A stretch of 64,000 nt of DNA from Candidatus Babelota bacterium (GTDB lineage: Bacteria > Babelota > Babeliae > Babelales > Vermiphilaceae), in assembly GCA_049325595.1 (NCBI GenBank), contig JBMOLF010000015.1:32001-96000 (forward strand). The letters run 5' to 3'. The position numbers and the translations under genes are program-made. Of the stretch, positions 39,953 to 49,272 are shown in pieces. Every line of letters begins with the position of its first letter. The first letter of the stretch is position 1. The notes beneath the pieces were generated by a model. It did no database searches, was not told the DNA's origin, and was given only the letters and a program-made list of their open reading frames with translations.

Positions 39953-41953
39953 TTAGTTAAAGGAGATACCCCCTTTAAGCCATACACCCCATTGAGAGAT
40001 GTTGGTAATGTTGCAACCATTGCAGCAGTCGTTGCATACGGTATTGCAACCAGTGCCGGTGAAGCAATTGTTGGTTGTGCAAGCATTAGTAAAGCAGGTA
40101 TTAGTTGTGCATGAAGTGTTGCAAGCGGTATTGCAAGAAGTATTGCAAGGGTTGCAGAAGTCATTGCAGAAATCATCGCAGCAGTCATTATTTCTTCTGT
40201 TATGTGCAAATTCAACTTTACCACCTACGCCCAAGAATGGTATCCAACACTCAGATTCACACCAGGTGTAGCTGAAATGAGCAAATATTGAGCTTGAAAG
40301 ACCTCTAGTACGTGCAGCGCAATAATCAATATCATTAAGGCTTAAGAATACAGGCTCTAATGAGGTATTGGTTTGAGCTAAGTTAGCACCAGTTACGTTT
40401 GGAATAGCTTGAATTTGTGCATTAAGAGCAGATGTGCTTGCCCAAGCTAACTCAGGATTGTCAATACGAGGATTTTGTAAGTTAGAACCAGTGAATGATC
40501 CAGTGCATGGTGTATTGGTACCTGCGTTAATTGTTGCATTGCTTTCAGTAGCAGATAATGCTACAGCAGTGTTAGGGTTAGTTGATGAGTCACTACGGGT
40601 GAAACCAAATACTTGTGCGTCACCTTTAAGTGCCCATGTTCTTGCAGCAAATGGCAATCCGCAATCACAGTCACGTTCAATTTTCTCACAGCTTCTGCCC
40701 CAGAATTCATAACCTAAGTCAAATGAGAAGCCACAGTGTGTATAGTTGAATAATGCTAATACGTCTGCTTGTACTGCGCTACGAACTTTAACATCTAAGG
40801 TTGTTAAGTTAGCAACAGTGGTAAATTCGTTTTTGAATTGTGCAACAGGAGCTACTGCATCAGCTTGTACTGGGCCAGCGAACAAGTTGTTAACTGGGGT
40901 TCCAAGTCTTTCAGCAAGCATATAACGGCTGTTTGCGCCGCGACCACAAAGGTCAAATGCACGACGTTGACGCGCTTTGAACAAGGTGGTGATATTTGCT
41001 TCAACCCAGAAACTTAAGTTAGCATCATCACAGTCACTTCTCCAGAAGGTCCAGTGAGTTGTTAATTGACCACCAAGCTCCCATTGTTTACCGTTACCTA
41101 CGATAGGCTCAAACAAGATATCACCTTCTGGACGAGTACCTGTTGGAGCTGCAGCGCGGATGCCAAGACCAAAGTGATAGTTTTCACCTTGTAAGAAATC
41201 CCATCCTAAAATTGCACGTAATTCAGCAACACCAGCTTTATGATGGCTACAGAATGAAATTACGGAATTTCTGATTGGATTGAAGGTAACACCAGGAAGA
41301 TTTGGTGTACGGCCATTCATGAAATCAGTGAAGCTGCAAAGCAAGTTAGAACGTGGAACGGTATTTTCACCAGTAAGACCTGCACCAGCAACTACTGTTG
41401 GGGTGAAGTAACCAGCGTCATAACCATTTACACCAGCGTTGATAACGTTTTCACATGCTCTTAAATTCCAACGTGTATAAACAACTGGTAATTTAAGTTC
41501 AAAGTATAAACCGCAGAGCCATTCATTTAATCCTAAGTAGAGATTGAAATCTACTAAGAAGTTAGAAATGCGAGGTCTGAAACTTACGGTGCTTTGGAAA
41601 TCGGTTGGTAAACCAAAGTAGTCAGCAAGCCAATCGCAGCAGTTTCTACCAGCTACGCGGCTACCACTGATTCCAATTGAGGTGCAATCTGAATTGCAGC
41701 TGCTATTGATGGAAGGCCCAAAAAGGGTTTCAGCTATACGGCTTGATCTGAATGAACGAGTAAATTCTGGGATGATTGCAAAGCTGCCGTAAAAGCCATC
41801 TTTGTCATATAAATGTGTATGATTTGTCCAACCAACTAATTCACGAGCGGCATCGATACCTTGTGAACGGATGCTGTAGTAAGGTGCAACTGCTTGTGCG
41901 CCTGTGCTTACCAGAGCGGCAACGCAGAGAAACCCTTTAAGCATTTGTTTCAT
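39953..41953 (-). CDS. Cys-rich outer-membrane beta-barrel-like protein (array gene 1, candidate major envelope protein)
   Basis: Signal peptide ending AQA; AAGGAG SD; about 35 Cys; C-terminus QWGVWLKGGISFN. Confidence 0.75.
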   Translation of the reverse strand: MKQMLKGFLCVAALVSTGAQAVAPYYSIRSQGIDAARELVGWTNHTHLYDKDGFYGSFAIIPEFTRSFRSSRIAETLFGPSINSSCNSDCTSIGISGSRVAGRNCCDWLADYFGLPTDFQSTVSFRPRISNFLVDFNLYLGLNEWLCGLYFELKLPVVYTRWNLRACENVINAGVNGYDAGYFTPTVVAGAGLTGENTVPRSNLLCSFTDFMNGRTPNLPGVTFNPIRNSVISFCSHHKAGVAELRAILGWDFLQGENYHFGLGIRAAAPTGTRPEGDILFEPIVGNGKQWELGGQLTTHWTFWRSDCDDANLSFWVEANITTLFKARQRRAFDLCGRGANSRYMLAERLGTPVNNLFAGPVQADAVAPVAQFKNEFTTVANLTTLDVKVRSAVQADVLALFNYTHCGFSFDLGYEFWGRSCEKIERDCDCGLPFAARTWALKGDAQVFGFTRSDSSTNPNTAVALSATESNATINAGTNTPCTGSFTGSNLQNPRIDNPELAWASTSALNAQIQAIPNVTGANLAQTNTSLEPVFLSLNDIDYCAARTRGLSSSIFAHFSYTWCESECWIPFLGVGGKVEFAHNRRNNDCCDDFCNDFCNPCNTSCNTACNTSCTTNTCFTNACTTNNCFTGTGCNTVCNDCCNGCNITNISQWGVWLKGGISFN

Positions 41954-42255
41954 ATATTATCTCCTTAAATTTTCTTACTGTTTGCTTCATCAAAAAGAGA
42001 TGTGTGTATGGATGTAGTGATGTTTTAATCCAGATGTGCTTCATCCTCCTTTCGTTGCGAATATAAATGTGCATTCATTACTTTAGATTGATACTTATAT
42101 ATTTCAAATGCAAAGTCAACACCTTGTGCAACTGGTCGACTAATTTAAACATCGAAAGTATAATATGGTGTAATTTGAATTGTAAAGAAATTGTTGCGCC
42201 AATGATCGCCAGAGTGGTTGTTTGCGTGTTGTTTATATTAAAAAAACATGGTGGT

Positions 42256-43044
42256 ATGCTTAATTTTTATCTATGGCTTATTGTACAGATTGTTTTAGAA
42301 AGTCTTCCGGTAAGTAGTTCTGGTCATCTTTATTTGTTAGAAAAAATAATAGAAAAAAATGGGCTGTTCTTGCCCGCTTTGCTACAAGATCCAATTACCT
42401 ATAAGAAAATTTCATTTTTTATTCATGCACCGATGGTTGTGATAATTGCTTTGTTCTTTTTTGAACAATGGTGGTTTTTATTCAAAAATATTTTTTCTTG
42501 CTATCGCCAAGTCTTAAAGCTTGGTATTTATGTTGCTGTCGCTAATAGTGCAACTATAAGTATGTATGGATTATGGCATGTGATAAGAGTACCCACGTCG
42601 ATATTTTTGCCATATGGATTTATTATTACTGCACTTGCGCTTGCAAGTTTGTATTGGGTACCAGAGCGTTCTCAAGGAGCTACTCTTTTTACTGCTTTTA
42701 TAGTAGGACTGGTACAAGGATGCGCCTTATTACCCGGTATTTCACGCCTTGCAGTAACATATGTGGTAAGTCGCTGGTTAGGATTATCATACAAACGAGC
42801 TTTTGAATTTTCTTTTGCTATACAATTTCCGTTAATTGCCCTAGCAAGTTTTTATGGATTAGTTACGATGCCACCTCTAGCGCGTGTATTATTATTTTCT
42901 TGGCAGTCGATGTTTGTTATGATCTGTGCAAGTATTGGTTCATATATGCTTTTAAAGTGGGGATATCAAAAAGCTCGTAATAATACATTTCAACAATTTG
43001 CCTGGTATATGATATTGCCTATTTTGCTGAGCTTATTTATTTAA
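42256..43044 (+). CDS. uppP: Undecaprenyl-diphosphate phosphatase (BacA/UppP)
   Basis: ESLPVSSSGHL, QGCALLPGISR and AFEFSF motifs; probable start MLNFY at 42256. Confidence 0.88.
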   Translation: MLNFYLWLIVQIVLESLPVSSSGHLYLLEKIIEKNGLFLPALLQDPITYKKISFFIHAPMVVIIALFFFEQWWFLFKNIFSCYRQVLKLGIYVAVANSATISMYGLWHVIRVPTSIFLPYGFIITALALASLYWVPERSQGATLFTAFIVGLVQGCALLPGISRLAVTYVVSRWLGLSYKRAFEFSFAIQFPLIALASFYGLVTMPPLARVLLFSWQSMFVMICASIGSYMLLKWGYQKARNNTFQQFAWYMILPILLSLFI

Positions 43045-43392
43045 AGAGTTGATCAGACGAAAATTCATAGTGAGAACGATTTCGCGTGGCGGTGTTTTTT
43101 CGTTTTCATTGTTATTTTGAACAGAATTTTTTTCTTGATTAAAATCTATTGGCTCATAACGATAGTTAGTTTGCCTATTTTGATCTTCATCATCGTGAAT
43201 GAAAGTGAAATTTTTATAGGAAGGATCAAAATCTACGGATAAATTTTTCTTACACCATTCTTCATTGTTATATGACGATACTATTATGGTAAGAGGCTTA
43301 TTCCTAGAGCAAAAGGTATTTGGTTTAGGCTCATTGGCATTCAAGTTATAGATGTGAATGAATAAAAAAATAATGATAAAAAATAATTTCAT
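43033..43392 (-). CDS. Small secreted protein containing a glycosyltransferase family 2 N-terminal fragment (possible remnant)
   Basis: Signal peptide then KPLTIIVSSYNNEEWCKKNLSV; far too short for a full GT2 domain. Confidence 0.45.
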   Translation of the reverse strand: MKLFFIIIFLFIHIYNLNANEPKPNTFCSRNKPLTIIVSSYNNEEWCKKNLSVDFDPSYKNFTFIHDDEDQNRQTNYRYEPIDFNQEKNSVQNNNENEKTPPREIVLTMNFRLINSLNK

Positions 43393-43417
43393 TACTATTC
43401 TCCTTACAAAATTATCT

Positions 43418-43672
43418 TTATTTTCTTTGGCTTGCTGCCGCCTGAGTTGCAATCGTATTTCTGATTTTTAAAAGTTCATCGATGTCGTAGGTTTTCTTTT
43501 TTGTATATTTTTCATTTCCTGCACAGGGTATATTGTCGTCATTAATGTTAATGGGAGCAAGACGCATTTTATCTTCTTGAGATAATCTGTCCCAATTAAT
43601 GCGATATTCACTTGCAAAGCTTACGGTAAAAATAATGGCCATGCATAGTCCAAAAATTGTTTTATTAAGCAT
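43418..43672 (-). CDS. Small hypothetical secreted protein
   Basis: 84 aa ORF; AAAGGA SD; signal peptide ending SFA. Confidence 0.5.
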   Translation of the reverse strand: MLNKTIFGLCMAIIFTVSFASEYRINWDRLSQEDKMRLAPININDDNIPCAGNEKYTKKKTYDIDELLKIRNTIATQAAASQRK

Positions 43673-43794
43673 AATATCCTTTCATAGTAAGAAAAATTAC
43701 CATTACTATATCATTTTTTTTGTGTAATGTGACTAAATGTCTTGTTAATGAATAAAGCGATTCACTATTCTTTTATCAAACAAAAAGGAATAGC

Positions 43795-46011
43795 ATGAAA
43801 ATAAGTAAAGAAAAAAAACAACCAAAACCCTCATTTTCTTGGTATTGGAGTGAAGTAAAAGGAATAATTTGCTTTGCCGTAGCCTTGTTTATAATAATCT
43901 GTCTTTCTTCATATAATCCTTATGATAATTGTTTATTTTATTATGCAATGTGCCCTCAAGTTACTATGAATTGGGGTGGAATGATTGGAGCATATCTGGC
44001 ATCCTTTCTTATTTATTTTTTTGATAGTATAGCCTATGCAATAACTGCTTTTTTATTTTTTGTTGGTTACTTATACTGCACACAAAAATCGTTACACGAT
44101 CATTGGGAACGCGTGGTAGCTGCAGGTTGTATGGTAATTGTTTTGTCAGGTATTGCCGCTGCTTATCAAATACCAGGATTTGTGTATAGTGTTGCTGGTG
44201 GTTATATGGGTTCTCAGTTGTATGCATCATTAATTTCTTTTGGTGGTAAATTAGGAGCATTACTTTTATTACATACGTTATTTTTGATGGGGTTTATTTT
44301 AGTAACTCGTTGTTCATTGGCGGCTTTATTATATCGATGTAGAAAAACAATGAGTAATGGTGTGCGTACTGTATATAATCATTTGCAAAAGCGCCAAAAG
44401 CATGAAACTTATCTTGATGAAAAAGTATCTAAAATAGAACAACTATCTGAGCGTCAAAATCCCATTGATATTATCATTACTTCTATTTCAACCGAATCTA
44501 AAGAGACGATAAAGCCCTCTTTAAAAATAGATCAAGAACATACTGCTACAATAACCGCTAATAAAACTGTTAAATATTCTATTGATACTGCATCTTGTCA
44601 AGATCATGAAAAAATTATTCCTGATTACGTACGGCCAAGTATTGAAATTTTCTCGTTGCCACCAAATGATCAACAAGAAAATGCATTATTAAATGAGTTA
44701 GAAAAGTCGGCAAAAATACTACAAGACAAACTTGAGCGCTTTGGTATTCAAGGAAAAGTAGTATCGATAAAACGAGGACCAGTAGTAACGTTATTTGAAT
44801 ATCAACCAGCAATAGACTCTAAATTAAGTAAAATTATTGCACTTGAAGATGATTTAGCTCTTGCGCTGCAAGCTATGAGCATTCGTATTTTAGCGCCAAT
44901 TCCGGGCAAGTCTGTCGTAGGATTTGAAGTTGCAAACAAAAATAGAAAGAATGTGTTAATTGCACAATTAATTAGATCTGCTGAATATCAAGAAAAAAAC
45001 TATGCATTACCTTTAATTTTGGGCGAAGATACCATTGGTAATTGTGTGATTATTGATTTAACTAAAATGCCTCATTTATTAGTTGCAGGTTCGACCGGAT
45101 CAGGAAAATCGGTTGCTTTAAATACTATGCTGGTCAGTTTATTGTGCCATTGTACACCAGAAGAATTGCGATTGATTTTAATTGATCCTAAACGATTAGA
45201 ATTTGCACCATATGCTGATATTGCACACTTATTATTTCCTATAATAACTGATCCTAAAAATGCTATTAAATCATTAAAATGGGCGGTAGAGCATATGGAA
45301 GAACGATACCAAAAAATGGCAGAAGCAGGTGCGCGTACTATTGTCGATTACAATGCATTGTTTGTCGATACACCAAGCGAACAATTTCCTTATCTAGTGA
45401 TAATGATTGATGAGCTTGCCGATTTGATGATGACTGCCGGTAAAGAGATAGAAGATTTAATTACGCGTTTAGCGCAAATGGCGCGTGCAGCCGGCATTCA
45501 TTTGCTTGTAGCAACACAACGACCGTCGGTTGATGTAATAACCGGATTAATTAAAGTTAATTTTCCGAGTCGCATTTCGTTTAGAGTTACCTCAAAAACA
45601 GATTCTCGTACCATTCTTGATGCTGCCGGTGCAGATAAATTACTCGGACGCGGTGATATGTTATTTTTAAGTGCCCATGAAGGACATTTAAAACGCGTGC
45701 ATGGTGCCTATGTTTCTGATCAAGAGATTATGCAGGTAGTAGCACACATTCAAAAACAACGAACAGTAAGTTACTTAGATTTATCAACGGTAACTTTCGA
45801 TTCTACAAATGCTATTGATGATGTTGATGATCAATTAATGAACGATGTTTTGCAATTTCTTTCGGAAATTGATGAAGTGTCAATTTCATTATTGCAACGC
45901 AAATTTAGGATTGGATATAATCGATCAGCACGTATAATTGATGCACTTGAAACACGCGGTTTTATAGCGCCATCTTCAGGGAGTAAAACAAGAAAAGTAA
46001 TACGGCAATAA
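43795..46011 (+). CDS. ftsK: DNA translocase FtsK
   Basis: N-terminal TM segments; PHLLVAGSTGSGKS, IDELADLMM, ATQRPSVDV; gamma domain SLLQRKFRIGYNRSARIID. Confidence 0.97.
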   Translation: MKISKEKKQPKPSFSWYWSEVKGIICFAVALFIIICLSSYNPYDNCLFYYAMCPQVTMNWGGMIGAYLASFLIYFFDSIAYAITAFLFFVGYLYCTQKSLHDHWERVVAAGCMVIVLSGIAAAYQIPGFVYSVAGGYMGSQLYASLISFGGKLGALLLLHTLFLMGFILVTRCSLAALLYRCRKTMSNGVRTVYNHLQKRQKHETYLDEKVSKIEQLSERQNPIDIIITSISTESKETIKPSLKIDQEHTATITANKTVKYSIDTASCQDHEKIIPDYVRPSIEIFSLPPNDQQENALLNELEKSAKILQDKLERFGIQGKVVSIKRGPVVTLFEYQPAIDSKLSKIIALEDDLALALQAMSIRILAPIPGKSVVGFEVANKNRKNVLIAQLIRSAEYQEKNYALPLILGEDTIGNCVIIDLTKMPHLLVAGSTGSGKSVALNTMLVSLLCHCTPEELRLILIDPKRLEFAPYADIAHLLFPIITDPKNAIKSLKWAVEHMEERYQKMAEAGARTIVDYNALFVDTPSEQFPYLVIMIDELADLMMTAGKEIEDLITRLAQMARAAGIHLLVATQRPSVDVITGLIKVNFPSRISFRVTSKTDSRTILDAAGADKLLGRGDMLFLSAHEGHLKRVHGAYVSDQEIMQVVAHIQKQRTVSYLDLSTVTFDSTNAIDDVDDQLMNDVLQFLSEIDEVSISLLQRKFRIGYNRSARIIDALETRGFIAPSSGSKTRKVIRQ

Positions 46012-46202
46012 TAATTGATTCGTTCTTTTTTTAAAAAATAATTACTGTTCATTTAGTATTTTCTACAGGTTCAAACAATTTTATTAATATGAGTTTTTGG
46101 TATTCTTGCTTGACAAATGTTCAAAAAAAAGACATTTTTTCTCCCGTAGCTATTAGATTTATTTTTTAAAATTTTTTACCAAGCCAAAAACGGAGAAGGT
46201 CA

Positions 46203-47618
46203 ATGTATTTTGATCAGAAATTTATAAAGAGTGTTTTGCAAGACGTGCAATTTATCGGTTCATACGTAGATGACCATATTAATTTTTCAATTGATTCACG
46301 TGCTATTCAACCAGATGATGTATTTATTGCGTTAAAAGGAACGCGTGTAGATGGCCATGACTATATTGAGCATGCACTTAATAATGGTGCAGCGGGCTTA
46401 ATGATTGAGATTTCAAAAAAAGATATTCTCAATCGATTTAGTAAATCAGTTCTTGATGATAAATTTATTATTTTAGTTAATGATACGCTTTCAGCACTAA
46501 CAACTCTTGCTGCTGCATGGCGCGCACAATTTTCGTATCCGGTTGTTGGTATAACTGGCTCAGTAGGAAAAACTTCTACAAAAGAAAGACTTGCGCAAAT
46601 TTTTATTCATCAAAACATACCTTGTTTGGCATCAAGCGGTAATCAAAATACCCGTGTTGGTCTTTCTCTTAATATTTTAAAAATGAGAGATTACCACAAG
46701 GTTGCTATTTTTGAGCTTGGTATATCGCGTCGCGGCGAAATGGCTGAATTGGTAAAAATTTTAGACCCTAAGTATGCGGTAATTACTTATATTGGGCATG
46801 CGCATATGGAAGGCCTTGGATCACTTGCTGATATTGCTGCTGAAAAGCGTGATATTTTCAAATATTTCAATGAACGTAGCATTGGTATTATTAATGGTGA
46901 TCAACCAATTTTATCGCAGGTAGGATACGCACATCCAGTAATTCGCTTTGGGTATAAAACAATTAATCAAGTACAAGCACGTAAAGTACAACCACAAAAT
47001 ACCCAAATGAGTTTTGTGTTAAAACTGTATAAACAAAAATTTAATGTGTTGATTAATCAACCTCATGAAGGGGCTGTGCTTAATGCATTAGCAGCTGCAG
47101 CGACTGCTTATTTACTGGGGGTATCACCTGAAAAAATAGTTGAAGGTATTCAACAACCAATCTCAGTGCCTGGGCGTTTTGAAGAGTGCGCAATAAGCAA
47201 AACAAAAAGCACCCTCATTAATGATTGCTATAATGCAAATCCAGAAAGCATGAAAGCCGCATTACTTGCTTTTCATCGTATTAATACCAAGCGTTCAAAA
47301 ATTGCGGTGATTGGTGATATGCTAGAACTCGGACCATTAGCACCATTCTGGCATAGACAAATTGGTAGATTCTTGCGTAAAGTACCGTCTATTCGTCAGG
47401 TGATTTTGGTAGGAAATATGGTACAATGGACTAAGAAAACTATGCCATTAGGTGTATCTGCTGATATTGTTCCTAATTGGCAAGAAGCGCTTAAAATACT
47501 TGATACCAAACTATCAGATGAATCTATGGTTTTGGTAAAAGGGTCACGAGGCATGGCGCTTGATAACATTGTTAATCATTTAAGTTCTGAATTAACCCAA
47601 GAACATTCAGAGAAATAA
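46203..47618 (+). CDS. murF: UDP-N-acetylmuramoyl-tripeptide--D-Ala-D-Ala ligase
   Basis: GITGSVGKTSTKE, NDCYNANPESM, GDMLELG and VKGSRGM motifs. Confidence 0.93.
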   Translation: MYFDQKFIKSVLQDVQFIGSYVDDHINFSIDSRAIQPDDVFIALKGTRVDGHDYIEHALNNGAAGLMIEISKKDILNRFSKSVLDDKFIILVNDTLSALTTLAAAWRAQFSYPVVGITGSVGKTSTKERLAQIFIHQNIPCLASSGNQNTRVGLSLNILKMRDYHKVAIFELGISRRGEMAELVKILDPKYAVITYIGHAHMEGLGSLADIAAEKRDIFKYFNERSIGIINGDQPILSQVGYAHPVIRFGYKTINQVQARKVQPQNTQMSFVLKLYKQKFNVLINQPHEGAVLNALAAAATAYLLGVSPEKIVEGIQQPISVPGRFEECAISKTKSTLINDCYNANPESMKAALLAFHRINTKRSKIAVIGDMLELGPLAPFWHRQIGRFLRKVPSIRQVILVGNMVQWTKKTMPLGVSADIVPNWQEALKILDTKLSDESMVLVKGSRGMALDNIVNHLSSELTQEHSEK

Positions 47619-47628
47619 ACAGAGATTT

Positions 47629-48540
47629 ATGAAAACATTAAAACCTGTAGCAGTGCATAAAGCGGTTCTTACCAAGCAAGTTATTGAATATCTTGACCCT
47701 CAACCAGGTAAAACATATTTAGATGTTACCTTTGGTTCTGGCGGGCATACACGGGCAATCTTAGAAAAAGAACCAATGTGTAAAGTAGTAGCCGTGGATT
47801 GGGATACCCGCGCATTTGATCTTTTTAGCGGACCGCTCATTGAAGAGTTTGGTGGTCGTCTTACATTGCTATGGGGAAATTTTGCTCATCTATACAAAAC
47901 CCTCAAGAAAGCCGGCATTGAAAAAGTAGATGGGATTTTGGCTGATTTTGGTACTTCACAAGTACAAATATCTCAGCGTGCAGGATTTTCAGTATATAAA
48001 GACACACCGCTTGATATGCGTATGTCGCCAGCCCACCAAAAAATGACGGCGGCGGAGGTGCTTAATAAATCATCAGAAGAAAAGCTGCGTGAACTATTTT
48101 TTCAACTTGGCGAAGAAAGAAATGCAAAAGCAATTGCACGAGCTATTGTTAACCAACGCCAAAAAGAAAAATTTAGAACAACCGGGCAATTGGTTGATCT
48201 TATAGAACGCGTGGTGCCGGTAAAAGGAAGAAGTAGAATTCATCCGGCTACCAAAGTGTTTCAAGCGCTACGTATTTATGTAAACGATGAGTTAAATAAT
48301 ATTCAAGCGTTGCTATCAACAGCACTTACTATTCTTAATCCTGAAGGCAGATTGGTTTGTGTAAGTTTTCATTCTCTTGAAGACCGACTTGTAAAGCAGT
48401 TTATTGCGCAGCATAAAGATGTTTTAGAAAATTTAACACCAAAAGTAGTGGTTGCAGAACCAGATGAATTGCGGATAAATCCTTCAGCTCGTTCTGCAAA
48501 ATTAAGAGCTGCGCGATTTATGAGCGGGCAAAATATTTAG
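47629..48540 (+). CDS. rsmH: 16S rRNA m4C1402 methyltransferase
   Basis: DVTFGSGGH, PLDMRM, HPATKVFQALRIYVN, SFHSLEDRLVK, NPSARSAKLR motifs. Confidence 0.97.
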   Translation: MKTLKPVAVHKAVLTKQVIEYLDPQPGKTYLDVTFGSGGHTRAILEKEPMCKVVAVDWDTRAFDLFSGPLIEEFGGRLTLLWGNFAHLYKTLKKAGIEKVDGILADFGTSQVQISQRAGFSVYKDTPLDMRMSPAHQKMTAAEVLNKSSEEKLRELFFQLGEERNAKAIARAIVNQRQKEKFRTTGQLVDLIERVVPVKGRSRIHPATKVFQALRIYVNDELNNIQALLSTALTILNPEGRLVCVSFHSLEDRLVKQFIAQHKDVLENLTPKVVVAEPDELRINPSARSAKLRAARFMSGQNI

Positions 48541-48704
48541 CAAAAGAATAATGAAAAATATGCTTTTGAATAGTAATAATTTTTTTGTGAATAAAATGCA
48601 CTAAATTTATTGACAAATCGAAGGCATAGGATAAAATGATCTCACTGTTATTGTAAAACAAAAAAAAGAGTAGTAAACCAGGAATACCTCTGAGGATTGC
48701 GGTC

Positions 48705-48995
48705 ATGGCGATAACCATAACAGAAGTAAAAGTTTATCCAGCAAAAGAAAATGGTAGACTTAAGGCATATGCAACAATAGTCTTTGAAAATAGCTTCATA
48801 GTGCGTGATCTCAAAGTGATCGAAGGCAACAAAGGATATTTTGTATCAATGCCATCGCGTCGCCGCAAGGATGGAACATTTAGAGATATTGTTCATCCCT
48901 TAAACTCTGAGACTCGTAAGCTTATAGAAGAGCAAGTGATCCAAGAATTTAAAAAAGTAATGGATCTTGAAGAAGATTATAATTTAGCAGTTTAA
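48705..48995 (+). CDS. spoVG: SpoVG nucleic-acid-binding regulator
   Basis: ITEVKV, LKAYATIVF, FVSMPSRR.KDGTFRDIVHPLNSETR motifs. Confidence 0.93.
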   Translation: MAITITEVKVYPAKENGRLKAYATIVFENSFIVRDLKVIEGNKGYFVSMPSRRRKDGTFRDIVHPLNSETRKLIEEQVIQEFKKVMDLEEDYNLAV

Positions 48996-49042
48996 AATTA
49001 TTTTTTTATCTGCTATACTTTGAAAAGTCTAAAAAATAGCGT

Positions 49043-49116
49043 TGGGGCGTAGCCAAGTGGTAAGGCACCGGGTTTTGGCTCCGGCACCGGAGGTTCGAAT
49101 CCTCCCGCCCCAGCCA
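49043..49116 (+). tRNA. tRNA-Gln(TTG)
   Basis: Acceptor stem TGGGGCG/CGCCCCA; D loop AGCCAAGTGGTAAGGC; anticodon loop TTTTGGC; T loop GGTTCGAATCC; encoded CCA. Confidence 0.96.
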
Positions 49117-49200
49117 GTCTTCGTTCTCAAGAACTTCTTCTGGCATCCTTCTACGTTAAAAACTTCGTAGGACAAGAGCCATCAAATTTAAAAGCGATTT
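49112..49200 (+). repeat. Structured direct repeat R1, copy a (overlaps tRNA 3' end)
   Basis: 89 bp; 5 mismatches to 54563-54651. Confidence 0.92.
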
Positions 49201-49272
49201 GTATTTTTACAAGTTGCTTTTTTTGTTTTTAAATGTGATTTAATATAGTTATTTTTATAGTCATAGTAATTA

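Noticed and set aside
39946..40271. ORFs 39946-40224 (-) and 39999-40271 (+)
   Set aside because: Alternative-frame shadows of the repetitive Cys-rich loop of the 666-aa gene.
42067..42255. N-terminal extension of uppP in the ORF track
   Set aside because: Overlaps the divergent promoter region; family similarity begins near Met at 42256.
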